A DNA stretch of 64,000 bases from NCBI RefSeq assembly GCF_006345805.1, contig NC_043018.1, forward strand, positions 23,994,001 to 24,058,000. The letters are read 5' to 3'. The stretch is from Octopus sinensis (lineage: Eukaryota). Both the position numbers and the translations under genes were made by a program. Shown piece after piece: positions 11,953-25,317 of the stretch. Each line of letters begins with the position of its first letter. The first letter of the stretch is position 1. Below the pieces are notes generated by a model. That model worked only from the letters and a program-made list of their open reading frames with translations. It was not told where the DNA came from and did not search any database.

Positions 11953-12171
11953 CTCTTTAGTGTTCAGATTATTCAATCAAACATAATGCCTATTGATTCC
12001 CATTGATTTGAATTAATCATGCATTGTCTCATATCTTCAAGATCTTGATGGTGTAATTACTTAATGTAGAATAACATTGTAGGGTAGGTGTGAGAGCCTG
12101 GATCTGGTCAGTTTGAACATAAAACAGATTAACTATTTTGGCCGGATATGGCCGGTTTAAATACTAAAGGG
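11953..12171. mobile_element. piggyBac-type MITE family 2 (about 220 bp)
   Basis: TTAA flanks with c(c)ctttag / ctaaaggg ends. Other copies at 3947-4150, 5397, 43625-43980, 50947-51150. Confidence 0.8.
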
Positions 12172-12406
12172 TTAATATCTGTTTTCCACACTAGCATAGG
12201 CTGGACAGTCCAACAGGAACTGGCAAGACAGAGAGCTATGTGAAGCAACCCTCTGCCTGGTTTGGCATGGTTTCTATAGCTGGATGGCTCCATAATGATA
12301 ATAACTTTACAAAGTATACTGGATGCTTTTTTACAAAGCAACACCACTAGTGAGGTCACCAAGTGACTTCCTAGACAAGACCCTGCAACTAAGTGGGTGG
12401 GGGGGT

Positions 12407-12747
12407 GAAGGTGCATGGCTCAGTGGTTAAAGCACCAGGCTCACAATCATGAGGTAGCAAGTTCAATTCCCAGACCGGGCTGTGTGTTGTGTTCTTGAGC
12501 AAGACACTTTATTTTATGTTGCTCCAGTTTATTCAGCTGTAGAAACGAGTTGTGACATCACTGGTGCCAAGCTGTATCAGCCCCTTTGCCTTTCCCTTGC
12601 AAAACATCGGTGAGGTGGAGAGGGGAAGCTGGTATGCATGGGTAACCGCTGGTCTTTCACGAAACAACCTTGCCTGGACTTGTGCCTCGGAGGGGAACTT
12701 TCTAAGTGCAATCCCATGGTCATTTGTGACCGAAGGGGAGCTTTACT
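12407..12747 (+). mobile_element. tRNA-derived SINE family C
   Basis: A box tggctcagtgg, B box agttcaattcc, core tgtgttcttgagcaagacactt. Related copies at 17365-17592, 18450-18905, 25318-25630, 48911-49250. Confidence 0.85.
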
Positions 12748-13136
12748 TTGATTTTACTGACTTAGTATTGAGGAAGGTGGCTTTATTTTATGTAATGAAT
12801 GTTAACACATGATAGAGAAAGACAGACAAAGCAAGACCCCTCAAGTGAAGGTGTGGGATGATGTGTATTAAGGAGGGTGACTTTATGCCAGGTGATGAGA
12901 GGTTAAAGTATGATAAGGACAGGAACATATGTCTTGCAGTTAAGGAAATACATGGCTATCCCAGTTAGATGGTGGTGAAGATGTGACAGGTAGTCTAAAA
13001 TGTACTAGGTCTTTTTAAAAACGAAGAGAGATGGTCATAGTTAGAATGTCTTTGATCATAATCCTGCAAGATCAGAGCTGACCTGGGATTACTAAACAAC
13101 AACAAGAATATGATAAAAGCAATGTGTTCAACTTAC

Positions 13137-13221
13137 GTTCGTGTCCAGCCAGCTGTATCCAGCTATCACCTTTGGGTTTATTAAAAGCCAGTTTTGACTT
13201 CGATGTTTCACAATGTATCCT
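13137..13221 (-). CDS. IP3K1: IP3 3-kinase exon, RIHCETSKSKLAFNKPKGDSWIQLAGHE(Q)
   Basis: 85 nt, phase 0/1. Poly-T acceptor ttttgtcAG, donor GTaagt. WIQLAGH is the conserved start of the IP3K catalytic domain. Confidence 0.92.
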
Positions 13222-13500
13222 CTGACAAAAAAAAAAAAAAAGAAATTAGTTTTTTTTTTTTAATGAAAACTTTTGAAAGATGTGAAATAATTCTTTTCTT
13301 TTGGAATTGGTTCTGGAAGTACATAAATGCTATAAATAATGGTATGTAAATAAATACTGAGTTGAAAAGTTCTTTTGGATACAAAAAGTTAAAGGCTGCT
13401 ACAGGCACAGGAATGGCTGTGTGGTTAAGAAGCTCACTTTGCAACCACATGATTTTGGGTTCAAGCCCATTGCATGGCACCTTGGCCAATAAAAGAATTA

Positions 13501-13544
<44 letters not shown>

Positions 13545-15294
13545 GGCTGCGAGCTGGCAGAATCTTTAGCATGCCAGGTGAAATGCTTAGCAATATTTCA
13601 TCTGCTGCTATGTTCTGGGTTCAAATTCTACCAAGATCGATTTTGTCTTTCATCATTTTGAGGGGTCAATAAATTAAGTACCAGTTACTTCCAGCATGTT
13701 AAGGATTCTGCTAGCTCACCACCAATAATAATAATAATAATAACCATTTCTATTATAGGTATATGGCCTGAAGTTTTTTTTGAGGAGGGGGGACTAGTTG
13801 ATTACATTGACCCCAGTGTACAACTGGCACTTATTTCATCAACCCTAAAAGGATGAAAGGTAAAGTCCTTGTGGAAATTTGAACTTAGAATGTAGCAATG
13901 GGCGAAATACCGTTAAGCATTTCATCCAGCATGCTAAGCATTCTGCTAGCACCCCGATGTGTACTCAGAGGTGTGAGTTCATGTCTCATAGCTGGCCGCC
14001 AGCACTTTTTTTCTGCAAAATAGGGGTAGCTTATCCTGTTCAGGCTATATTATTAGCTTTATCCTGCGTTTGAGAATTTAAAATCACTTTTTTAACTTTC
14101 TAAGACATCTCAATGCTTCTAAAGCAAACTTCGTTTGTTTGTTTACGTTCACCGTAATAATAATAATAATCCTTTCTACTATAGGCACAAGGCCTGAAAT
14201 TTTGGGAGTTGCGGCCAGTCGATTACATCGAACCCAGTACACAGCTGGTACTTAATTTATCGACCCTGAAAGGATGAAAGGCAAAGGCGACCTCAGTGGA
14301 ATTTGAACTCAGAACTTGAAGACACGAAATACTGCTAAGCATTTCGTCCAACATGCTAACGATTCTGCCAGCTCACCACAAATAATGATGATAATACTTG
14401 TTTCTGATTTAGGCATAACAGCTAGTTTTCTAAAACCCAGGCATCTTGGAGAAGTATTATTCTCTGCAAGCTACAGAAGGGCAGCAAATCTAGGAAAGCA
14501 GTAAAACTGACAGAGTGTGGAGAAGACACTTAAGTCTTGTCAGGGGATTCTTTAGTCCAACTGATGGTACCGTAAAACAGACTCAGTCCAAAGGGTAAAG
14601 TGGTTGGTAATAGGAAGGGTATTCCGCTATAAAGAAACAGGTCGACGAATTAATTTTGGATGCCACCAAAGGAATGTGGGAGTGTGGGAGGGGGGGTCAC
14701 CTGCCTGGAAAGGGCAGTAACTTTGAATTAGTATTTACCATCCAACCCATACAAGAATGTAAAAGCAAACATATGACAATGTTATGATGATGATGATGAT
14801 GATTGTGGTAGTGATGGTGATGTTCGAACTTTCTAGAAAAGTGAATAATTTCCTCTTATTTTATAAACTCCAAAAAGGAAATATTTCAACCGGATTTGGT
14901 CCTGGAAAATCAACTATCAACTCATCCCAGCTGTGTTGCATTTTGGGAGAGAGAGGGGGGAGGGAGGGAAAGAGAGGGTGTGTGTGTGTTCGTGTGTATG
15001 TGTTTTAATTTCTGTTTGTCAACATTTATATTTCATACATACTCTTTCATTTCCTATTTCACTCCTCTTTCTTTCTTTCTCTCTCTCTCTCTGGTTTCCT
15101 CCACAAAGTCCAGAAGAACTAGCTTGCTGACCACAAAAGACAGTTGAAACAATGCCAGACATTCACTGATATATTAAACGCCACCACACCTCATCTCAAC
15201 ATTATACTTATTTTCATGCATAAAGGAATCCTCTCCCACAACTAAGATAGAAGATCCTTTCTTAAGCTCATCTACTTTTCCCAGCTAGCTTGTA

Positions 15295-16814
15295 CACTAT
15301 GGCAACACTATTATGTTCTCAATATTCTGTGTAACATCCTTTTTTATTCAGATTTTTTAGTTTTTGGGTGAACCACACTAATAGCTTTTGAATGAAAATA
15401 GCCCATTGAAACATTATTTTTCTGAAAATGAAGGGTAATGATACATATTAAGCATATAATTAACAGAAAACTATAATAATATTATAACATTTATTGACAT
15501 AATGAATTATTTAGCCACATGAGCACCAAGGAAGAAACGATCTGATTGTGGGAGCTCCAAGACTGACAGCTAGAGATTTAAGGAATATTGGCTGCAAGTT
15601 ACATGGGAAACCTGAACAAATAAAGCCAATTTTCACCACCTCCAGACTTCCTCGTTTACTGAAAACCATGAGGAATCACATCATTGGGACCATGGCTTCC
15701 ATGCAAGAACCCCTGAAACTGCTTCCTCACAGGAATTTGAGGCTTCAATGGGCCCAAAAGTACATGATGTTAGACTTGAGTTGTGTTCTGTTTACTGACA
15801 AAACCAGGGCAACCCTTGACAAACCTGATGGTTGGGCAAATGGTTGGGTCTATTTTGAAGATGAGTGTCACCAACGTTTACGAGGCAATTTCTACTCTTC
15901 TCCTCTGGAAGCCATCTACTCGCGATACCAGAGGGTGCACACTCTCCTACCCTGATGTAATCTCCAGGGATACAGGCATCCAGCAACAAGACCTCCGTAA
16001 TGCTATGATGGCCCGTGAAGTCTGGCGTAGCATGGTAAATTCCATTGTCTCGACCACAATCGAACAATGATGATGATGAACGTTTACGATATCAACAGCA
16101 GAGTCATGGAGGAGTCATGTTGTATGCTGGTATCATTGGAGACAGAATTGTTGGTCCAGTCAGGGTGCCTGAAGAGGTTAAAGTGACTGCAGCCGCCTAC
16201 AGCAATCTCCAGGGGGCCTTGGGTCCCTGGCAAGAGGACATATTGCTGTTACTTCAAAGGAATCTTGTATTCATGCATGACAATGCTCCCTCCCACTCTG
16301 CTAGGACCACCCAAACATTCCTGGTGTCTTACAGCATATAAGGTGAAAGATTGATGGTGTGGCTGCCAGCATCTCCAGATCTCAACCCTAACCAAAATCT
16401 TTGGTCCATCATTAAACAAGATGTTTATGCCAATGGATGCGAATTTACATTGAAAGATGTCTTATGGGCGACCATCAAAGCTGCAGCAGAAGCAGTCCAA
16501 CCAGCTATTATTAAGGAATTGACAGATTCCATGACTAATAGGGCTTTTGAAGTTATCTGTTGAAATGGTGCTCATATGGCTAAATAAACCATTATGTCAA
16601 TAATGAATATTATTATGGTTTTCTGTTGAATATATACTCAATGTATGCTTAATATGTATCATTACTCTTCATTTTCTGAAAAAAAAATGTCTAGATGGGC
16701 TATTTTCATTCAAAAGCTATTAGCATGGTTCACCCAAAAACTGAAGAATCTGAAATAAAAAAGAAAAGACATTACACAGAATAATGAAAACCTAACAATG
16801 GTGTTGCCATAGTG
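15295..16814 (+). mobile_element. Defective Tc1-like transposon with DD37E spacing (TRT-like)
   Basis: About 235-250-bp inverted ends starting ta|cactatggcaacac. Transposase remnants VLFTDKTRATLDKPDGW, VFMHDNAPSH and WLPASPDLNPNQNLW, with 37 residues between the second D and the E position (mutated to Q). Stops and frameshifts present. Confidence 0.9.
15884..16078 (+). mobile_element. 5'-truncated RTE-like LINE inserted in the transposase
   Basis: Perfect 11-bp TSD aacgtttacga (15873-15883 and 16079-16089). Encodes LLLWKPS...YPDVISRDTG...AMMAREVWRSMV, with a (TGA)n tail. Confidence 0.9.
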
Positions 16815-17689
16815 TGCAAATCAGTTGGGAAAAGTTTTATCAAAATCCATTCACAGAAAACCCAAAAATCCTAAACTTCACTCCTATGCTATCAGTGTGG
16901 TTCTGGGTGTATAAATACCCTAACACTCAAACATCACTACTTCTCATTTCCAATTTTCTTTTGACTCCTTATTGGGGGCCCTTAGGAGCTGCTGCTTTGA
17001 CACCTTGGATACCAGGACACTTTGCAGGATTATGGGTTAACATTTCTCAGATTTCGTATCCAACAACTTCACTCAGAAACTAAAATATATCCTGTTACTG
17101 GTGTGGTTTGGGGGTGTCAACTCAGACTGTTTGATCATGTTCGATTTTTCCGAGTTGAATACTGCGTATTGAGTTTCCCCTTTCTATGGATCCAGCTGGG
17201 GTGACAGCTTGTATTGATCAACCCCCATGTCACATGGTCAAAGTGGATGAGGAAGAACTCTGAGAAGACAAGGACTGACTTGGATACTTTTTAGAGGGTT
17301 GCTCAGGACTACCTGAGCAAATTAAAAGCTAGGAAAGTTACCTTCACGAGCCATGCTGACTCCTAAGGATCGGTTTCCCAGTTTCCATGGCATATGTATA
17401 TATATTCCATCACCAGGACGGGACACCAGCCTGTTGCAAGACTACTCATTTTTGCCAGTTGAGTGGACTGAAGCAACATGAAATGAAGTGTTTTGCTCAA
17501 GAAACGCAACATGTCACCCAGTCCAGAAATCAAAACCCCAATCTTCTGATCACGAGTCCAATCCCTTAACCACTAACCCATGTGCCTCCACCGCTCGAGC
17601 AAATACCAACAAATGATGCATGCAGCAATGCACTACAACACATGCTCCTTTAGCTGACCAGAACCTTGTTAGTTCCTTTAGGTTAGTTT

Positions 17690-18075
17690 AGCATGACCAT
17701 CCCCCTGAATGCTTCAACGATTTCACTTGAGCACATCATCCATCATGGTCCCCCATGCATGTTCTTAATTTGTCAACATTTACCATTCCACTGTCCTGAA
17801 GCAAATTGTCCACATATACCTAGACGTCTTCTTTCCCTGTTGGTTCTTCCTTCAATTGACTGCCATAAGACCAGTTGACACACAGGTTCTTCTGGGTGCC
17901 AGATGCAATGACCAACAATTCTCATTCTTCTCTGCTGAATCTTCTCAGTCCCTTTGGGTAGACCTTGATAAAGCTGTTCATTGGTCAATTGGATTCTCCA
18001 TGTAACATTCAGCGCCATTCTTAACATTCTTGTGTAGCAGCCATCTATTTGCTTTTCAAGCTTTTTGGTGAGGGT
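17690..18075 (-). mobile_element. RTE-like LINE ORF C-terminal fragment
   Basis: LEKQIDGCYTRMLRMALNVTWRIQLTNEQLYQGLPK...RRMRIVGHCIWHPEE...LVLWQ. Confidence 0.85.
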
Positions 18076-18469
18076 TCCTTAATTTCCTCTCATTTAGTTC
18101 AAAACCTAAGAGCAGTCATGAGCAAACAGCAGCCAGTGGGATATTCTGAATGACAGGCCTAACAAAAGATTACCTTGAATTTTTTTTAGCAGTACAGCCT
18201 ACCTGATGATGGCCCATGTCTCATGCAACCTGCTTCTCAAATAAGGTTTTCCATCCCTACCTTAGGCATTCATTTATTGACCAACATCACTACACTACAT
18301 TGCATCTCTGCAGGTTTCTAATGATCGCATAAAGGCCTCCTAAGTCTTCTTCTTATTTTACTCTTCTCAAAATGTTTGATGGCTAAGCATACACAAGCAG
18401 GATTCTTCTTATTAATCCATGTCCACATGGTTAGTCCATTTTACTCCACAAGAAGCATAGGGCCAGTTT

Positions 18470-18724
18470 CCCTCATCCAATAAGCTCTATCTGCGACGAT
18501 TTCATCTCAATCGAAGGAAATGGACTTTCTCCGTCCGGGTTGCGGATCCGTGGAATAAGCTGCCGGACAAGATAGTGAAGATGCCGACAACCGCTCGGTT
18601 CAAAGTCTCCCTTGACCACAAATGGCCTGAACTCTTTGCATGAACACCCTCCCTGTACATAACTCCATGTCCCTCTACATGGCCTTGCTTTTTACTTTTT
18701 GAGCCAAAAAATTAACATAACTTA
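18470..18724 (+). mobile_element. CR1-like LINE 3' end nested in a SINE C copy
   Basis: RFHLNRRKWTFSVRVADPWNKLPDKIVKMPTTARFKVSLDHKWPELFA*; same family as 9364-9559. Confidence 0.85.
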
Positions 18725-20020
18725 TATATATTCCTGCCTGGATGGGATGCTGGTCCAGATCAAAATCAATCATTTTTGCAAGTGGACTGGAGCAACGTGA
18801 AATGAAGGGTTTTGCTCAAGAACACAACACATCACCCAGTTCAGGAATCAAAACCACATTCTTATGATCAGGAGTCCAACACCCTAACCACTATGTACCT
18901 CCACTATGTCTACACATGGAGGGAATATGGTGGGATAAGGGCATAAAGTAAAGCCAAAATCCCCGGGAGATATTCTTTTGGTAAGCCGTAAAAAATAGCA
19001 AAAGACATTGCTGTGTGGTAAGAAGTTTGCTTCCCAACCGCACGGTTTCGGGTTCAGCCCTACTGAGTGGTATCTTGGGAAAAAATTTCTACTATCGCTT
19101 CAGGCCAATCAAAGCCTCATAAATAGATTTGGTAGATGGAAACTGAAAGAAGCCATTGAAACCATGCCAAAACAGACAGGGAGCTGGAGCAGCCCTTCAG
19201 CTGGTCAGCTCATGTCAAACCATCCAGAAAGGAAAATGGATGTTAAATGATGATGATATATATGTGTGTATATTGCTCCTTTTCTCTCTACAAGATGAAG
19301 AAGAAACAGCTAGGAAATGGAACTCTAGAGAACTTCAGTGGGAAATATACCGATTCCATTGAATAAGCAGTGTATATATCAAATACTATTTTTTACCATT
19401 TTGCTTTGCATTTATGTTCCTACTCATGTGTGTGTATGTATAAATACACACACACACACACACACATTTATATGTGTATATATATAATATATATATACAC
19501 ACACACACATATACACACATACACACATATATACACACACATTTATATTCTTTTATTCTTTTACTTTTTCCAGTCATTTGACTGTGGCCATGCTGGAGCA
19601 CCGCCTTTAGTCAAGCAAATCGACCCCAGGACTTATTCTTTGTAAGCTTAGTACTTATTCTATCAGTCTCTTTTGGTGAACCACTAAGTTATGTGTGTAT
19701 GTTCTTTGTATTCGTCCCCCACCACACCACTACTTGACAACTGGGGTTGATTTATTCAACTAAACACTTCAAAGCAGTGCCCCAGCATGGCAACATAATA
19801 ATAATGGTTTCAAATTTTGCCACTAGGGCAGCAATTTGGGGGGGGGGTGGAATAGTCGATTACATCAACCCCAGTGTTTCACTGGTACTTATTTCATTGA
19901 CCCTGAAAGGTAGAAAAGGCAAAGTTGAACTTGGCAAAATTTGAACTCAGAATGTAGTAGCAGACAAAATAATGCTAAGCATTTCACCCAGCATGCTAAC
20001 GATTCTGTTGGCTCACCACC

Positions 20021-20052
<32 letters not shown>

Positions 20053-20242
20053 CCTTTCTACTAAAGGCACAAGGCTTGAAATTTTGAGGGAGAGGACAAG
20101 TGAATTACATCGACCCCAATGTTTCACAGGTACTTAATTTATTGACCCCCGAAATGATGAAAGGCAAAGTCGACCTCGGTGGCATTTGAACTCAGAACAT
20201 AAAAATGGACAAAATACTGCTAAGCATTTTGCCTGGCATGCT

Positions 20243-20243
20243 A

Positions 20244-20276
<33 letters not shown>

Positions 20277-20384
20277 ATTAATAATAATAATAATAATAAT
20301 AATACTATTAATAATAATAATAATACTATTATTAATAATAATAATATTAATATTAATAATATTAATAATAATAATAATAATAAT

Positions 20385-20431
<47 letters not shown>

Positions 20432-20432
20432 T
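20243..20432. repeat. (AAT)n microsatellite
   Basis: Direct reading; source of the poly-N/I/L ORFs. Confidence 0.95.
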
Positions 20433-20878
20433 AATACAAACACTAAAACAACAAAGGACTGCAACCAAACCCTACAACAAAATCTAATGCAATAAAAATA
20501 CTTGGAAGTGATTGTACTTCCCAACAACAACAAAAACGAACAGACAATGAAGTACACACCTGTGTAACATGGAGGTGTAGAAGGTGATGCAGTAGAAATC
20601 TGCCCAAAGCAATCAAATGTTGAATAATGAGGGGACTAGTCGATTACATCAACTCCAGTACTCAACTGGTACTTAATTTATCGACCCTGAAAGGATGAAA
20701 AGCAAAGTCGACCTCTGTGGAATTTGAACTCAGAATGTAGCAGCAGATGAAATACTTCTAAGCATTTCACCCAGCATGCTAACAATTCTGCCAGCTTGCC
20801 ACCTTTAATATTAACAATAATAATAATTTCCTTTTTGGATTTGGTTTGCAAGATTCTTTGAGTTCATGTATGGAAGCA

Positions 20879-21061
20879 TATTCTGTTGTGTCTGGGGAGA
20901 GTAATTTTCTTTTTGTGCCTTATAATGTAAAACACTCACCGGTAAAATTTCCCCTTATTTCTTATTTTTAAATATAAGAAATCAATGGAAATATTACCGG
21001 TGAGTGTTTTACATTATAAGGAACAAAAAGAAAATTACTCTCCCCCTGAAACAACAGAATA
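20879..21061. repeat. Imperfect palindrome with about 90-bp arms, probably a Penelope-like terminal remnant
   Basis: attctgttgtg...aacactcaccggtaaaatttcc / ggaaatattaccggtgagtgtt...acaacagaat. Preceded by tttgcaagattc, as are 4826 and 48180. Confidence 0.8.
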
Positions 21062-22312
21062 ATAATAATAATAATAACAATCCTTTCTACTAAAGGCACA
21101 AGGCCTGAAATTTGTGGGGAGGGGACTAGTTGATTACACCAACCCCAGTTTCACTGGTACTTAATTTATTGATCCCGAAAGGATGAAAGGCAAATTTGAC
21201 TCAGAACACAGCGGCAGATGAAATACCTATTTCTTTACTACCCACAAGGGGCTAAACACAGAGAGGACAAACAAGGACAGACATAGGTATTAAGTCGATT
21301 ACATCGACCCCAGTGCATAACTGGTACTTAATTTATCGACCCTGAAAGGATGAAAGGCAAAGTCGACCTCGGCGGAATTTGAACTCAGAACGAAACGACA
21401 GATGAAATACCACTAAGCATTTCATCCGGCGTACTAACAATTCTGCCAGCTCGCCACCTCAGTAACGATGATGATGATAATAATAATAATAATAATAATA
21501 ATTAATTATTTTATTGGCCACAAGGGCTTACAAAAATCAATTAAAAACATGTAGGGACATAATAATCCTTTCTACTAAAGGCACAAAGCCTTAAATTTGT
21601 GGGGAGGGCACTAGTCGATGACATCAGCCCCAGTATATGACTGATACAAATTCTATCAACACCTCCCTCCACACACACACACATGCTCACACACATATGA
21701 AAGGATGAAAAACAAAGATGATCTTGGCGGAACTGACCAATGCCTTATGAATGAATTTGGTAGGCTGAAACTATGTGGAAGCCGGTTGTATATATTTATG
21801 TATATGTGTGTGTATATGTCTTCATGTTTGTGTTTGTCTCCTACCCACCCACCACTTGACAACTGATGTCGGTTTGTTTACAACCCAGTAACTTAGCAGT
21901 TCGGCAAAAAAGACCAATAGATAAGTTATACATCTAAAAGATAAGAACTAAAGTCAGTCTGTTTAATTAACCCTTGAAGGCGGTACCCCAGCATGGCCAG
22001 ACAATCAAATGACTGAAACATTGTGGCAATAAGTTTTCATGTTTGTGCTGTCGTACCCCTACCACTACCACCACCACTTGAAAATTGGTGTTGGTTTGTT
22101 TACAACCCTGTAACTTAGCAGTTCGGCAAAAGCGCCAAGTTTAAAAGATAAGATCTGGAGTCAATCTGTTAAACTAACCACCAAAGCAAGTGCCCCAGCA
22201 TGACCACAGTCAAATGGCCAAAACAAGGGAAGGATAGGAGATATAAAAAAAGGAAAACAGAAATAATAGGTTAAAAGTAAAATGAAATTAAGGAGAAATG
22301 TTCAGAGCGTAC

Positions 22313-22357
22313 CTGATACTTTGGTAAATTGAGAAGCATGTGGAGGTCTGAAGACAT
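22313..22357 (-). CDS. Candidate first coding segment of IP3K, MSSDLHMLLNLPKYQ (within putative exon 22313-22502)
   Basis: Unique sequence bounded by acceptor tcatctcttgtAG and donor cag|GTacgc. accATG follows an in-frame stop, and the phase 0 end fits the 13221 exon. No homology support. Confidence 0.45.
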
Positions 22358-25317
22358 GGTAAAAACAATTCCAAGATTATTCCATTAATAACTTCCTTCA
22401 CTAGTAATGAGATCTTACTGGAAGTGGGAAGGACAGGGACTTGTTGATTTAGAACATATAGTGGTGGTGAGGAGAATACTGTCGACTGTTTCTTAACAAC
22501 AGCTACAAGAGATGACAAGGGGTGCGTCATATAACCTTTTTTTTTTCAGAAAGAGCAGTTAAATTTCCTCCGGTGAGTTGGAAAAGGAATGGGAACCAGC
22601 ACAAGATATATAATGTCTGAACTAAAGACTGTCACAGTTAAAACGTCTTTGATCATAGGTTTCACTGCTGAATCTGAAGTGATCTCAGGTTAGTCAGCAG
22701 CAGTAGTAGTAGAGGTAGTAGTAGTAGTAGTAGTAGTAGTAGTCGTTGTAATAAACTAAACAAAACAATTAGTTTGCTGCGATTGTACTTGCCAGATCTC
22801 AAAACAAGAATAGAGTTATAAGTGAGTGTGGTGATGGTGGGAGAGAGAGAGGGAGAGAGAGAGAGAGAGAAGGAGAGAGAGGGAGGAAGGAGAGAGAGGG
22901 AGGAAGGAGAGAGAGGGTGAGAATATTAAACAGCAGCAGCTGTATAATAAAGCTATTGGTTACTGAGTTGAAATGTGTTTGGTTTCCTCTCTCAAAACAA
23001 TAACACCAACAACAACAATACGATAAACAACACAAAGACCAATAACAAACAAGCCTGTATATAGCTGTTCAACAGGCTAGAAATAGCAACCAAATCCCCC
23101 TGGATTCACACCCTATCATCTTAACCCTTTCTTTACTCAATTTCTAACCAAAATACACCCCTTGTTTTCATTAAATTTTAAAGTAATCATGAATTTAGGA
23201 TGGTTTCATAAAACAACTAACTTTTTTTATATATTTACCAACGTCCCAACCACATGGTTTCGAGTTCAGTTCCACTGGATGACACCTTGGGCAAGTGTCT
23301 TCCACTATAGCTTTGGGCCAGCCAAAGCTTTTTGAGTAGATTTGATAGCTGGAAACTGAAAGAAGCCTATCGTATATCATCATCATCATCGTTCAACGTC
23401 CGTTTTCCATGCTAGCATGGGTTGAACGGTTCGACCGGGGTCTGGGAAGCCAGAATGCTGCACCAGGCTCCAGTCTGATCTGGCAGTGTTTCTACAGCTT
23501 TATGCCCTTCCTAACACCAACCACTCTGTGAGTGTAGTGGGTGCTTTTTACGTGCCACTGGTACAGGTGCCAGGCGAGACTGGCAATGGCCACGATCAGT
23601 TGGTGCTCTTTACGTGCCACCGGCACGGAAGCCAGTCAAGGCGGCACTGGCATCGGCCACGTTCAGATGGTGCTTTTTACGTGCCACCGGCACCGGTATC
23701 ACAACTGCAATTTCCATTGATTTTTTTATGTTGATGTACTTGACTCAATAGGTCTCCTCAAGCACAGGGTCGAAACAGTGTTTCTTTACTTGCCACCTGC
23801 ACAGGAGTCAGTCCAGTGGCACTGGCAATGACCGGATGCCAGTCATCGAATTTGGTTCAATTTCAGTTTCACTTGCCCCAACATATATATATCTGTGTGT
23901 GTGTGTCTGTGTTTGTACCTCCATCACCACTCAACAACCAGCATTGGTGTGTTTACGTCCCTGTAACTTAGTGGGTCAACAAAAGGAATCAACAGAATAA
24001 GTACCAGGCTTAAAAAATAAGCACTGGGGTTGATTCATTTGACTAAGAAATCAAGGTGGTGTCCCAGCATGGCCACAGTCTAATGACTGAAACAGGTAGA
24101 AGATAAAAGTTATACGACTTTTTGGAGCACAATTTAACAAAAAGTTCTTAGATAAATCTATTACATAATTTCAACCAAAAGTAAATCTAATTACAGGTAA
24201 ATTCAACAAAATGTAAAATTTTTAACACAGGAACAGGTGTGGCAAGAATTTTGCTGGATTCAGTCTCATTGCATGACACCTTGGGCAAGTATCTTCTACT
24301 ACAGCTCTGAGCCAACTAAAGACTTATGAATGGATTTGGTAGATGGAAACTGAAAGAAGCCCATCGTGTGTATGTGTGTGTGTGTATATATATGTATGTG
24401 TGTGTGTCCCCTCTACCATTGCTTGACAACCAGTGTTGGCGAGTTTATGTCCCTGTAACCTAGCAGTTCAGCAAAAACAACCAATAGAATAAATATGAGG
24501 CTTTAAAAGTAAGTCATGAGTTCAATTTATTCAAGTAAAACCCTACAAGGTGGTGCCCCAGCATGGCCGCAGTCAACGACTGAAACAAGTAAAAGATAAA
24601 AGATGTGTGTGCATGTGTGTGTGTGGGGGTGGGTGCCCTTGTCCTAACATCATGTAATAGTTGTAAATGAGAGTCACTGTCATACAAGCAGTGTCATTCA
24701 TCCCTAATGTCTGGCCATGGGGAAACAGGTAAGGGTTGACAGCAGGAAAGGCATCCAGCTATAGAAATCTATTTTAATAAACTTGTCCAACCCATGCAAA
24801 GACATGGCTGTCTGGTAAGAAGCTTGCTTCCCAACCACATAGTTCCAGGTTCAGTTCAACTGTATAGCACCTTGGGCAAGTGTCTCCTACTATAACCTCG
24901 GGCCAACCAAAGCCTCTTGAGTGGATTTGGTAAATGGAAACTGGAAGAAGCCCATCATATGTATGTGTGTGTATGTATGTGTGTGTTCGCCCCCTGCTAT
25001 CACTTGACATCCAATGCTGACATGTTCATGATCCTGTAACTTAGCAGTTCAGCAAAAGAGACCGATAGAATAAGTGCTAGGCTTACAAAGAATAAGTCCT
25101 GGGGTCAATTTCTTCAACTAACACCCTTTAAGGCAGTGCTCCAGCATGGCCATAGTCAAATGACTGAAACAAGTAACAGAGTAAAAGGAGTTAAAATGAC
25201 GATGATGATAGAAAAGGCACATTGTGCCACCACTCCCTTCATGTGTCATCCAATTAGATCACCTCTAATGAAATAGTATGGACATGGAGAGAATGTTTCT
25301 GATCATAGTCATCAAGT

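Noticed and set aside
12407-12480. tRNA-like sequences at SINE heads (also 25318, 52404, 3409)
   Set aside because: They have A/B boxes but continue into SINE bodies and lack a full cloverleaf; not tRNA genes.
20192-20557. Poly-Asn/Leu/Ile ORFs
   Set aside because: (AAT)n microsatellite preceded by SINE sequence.
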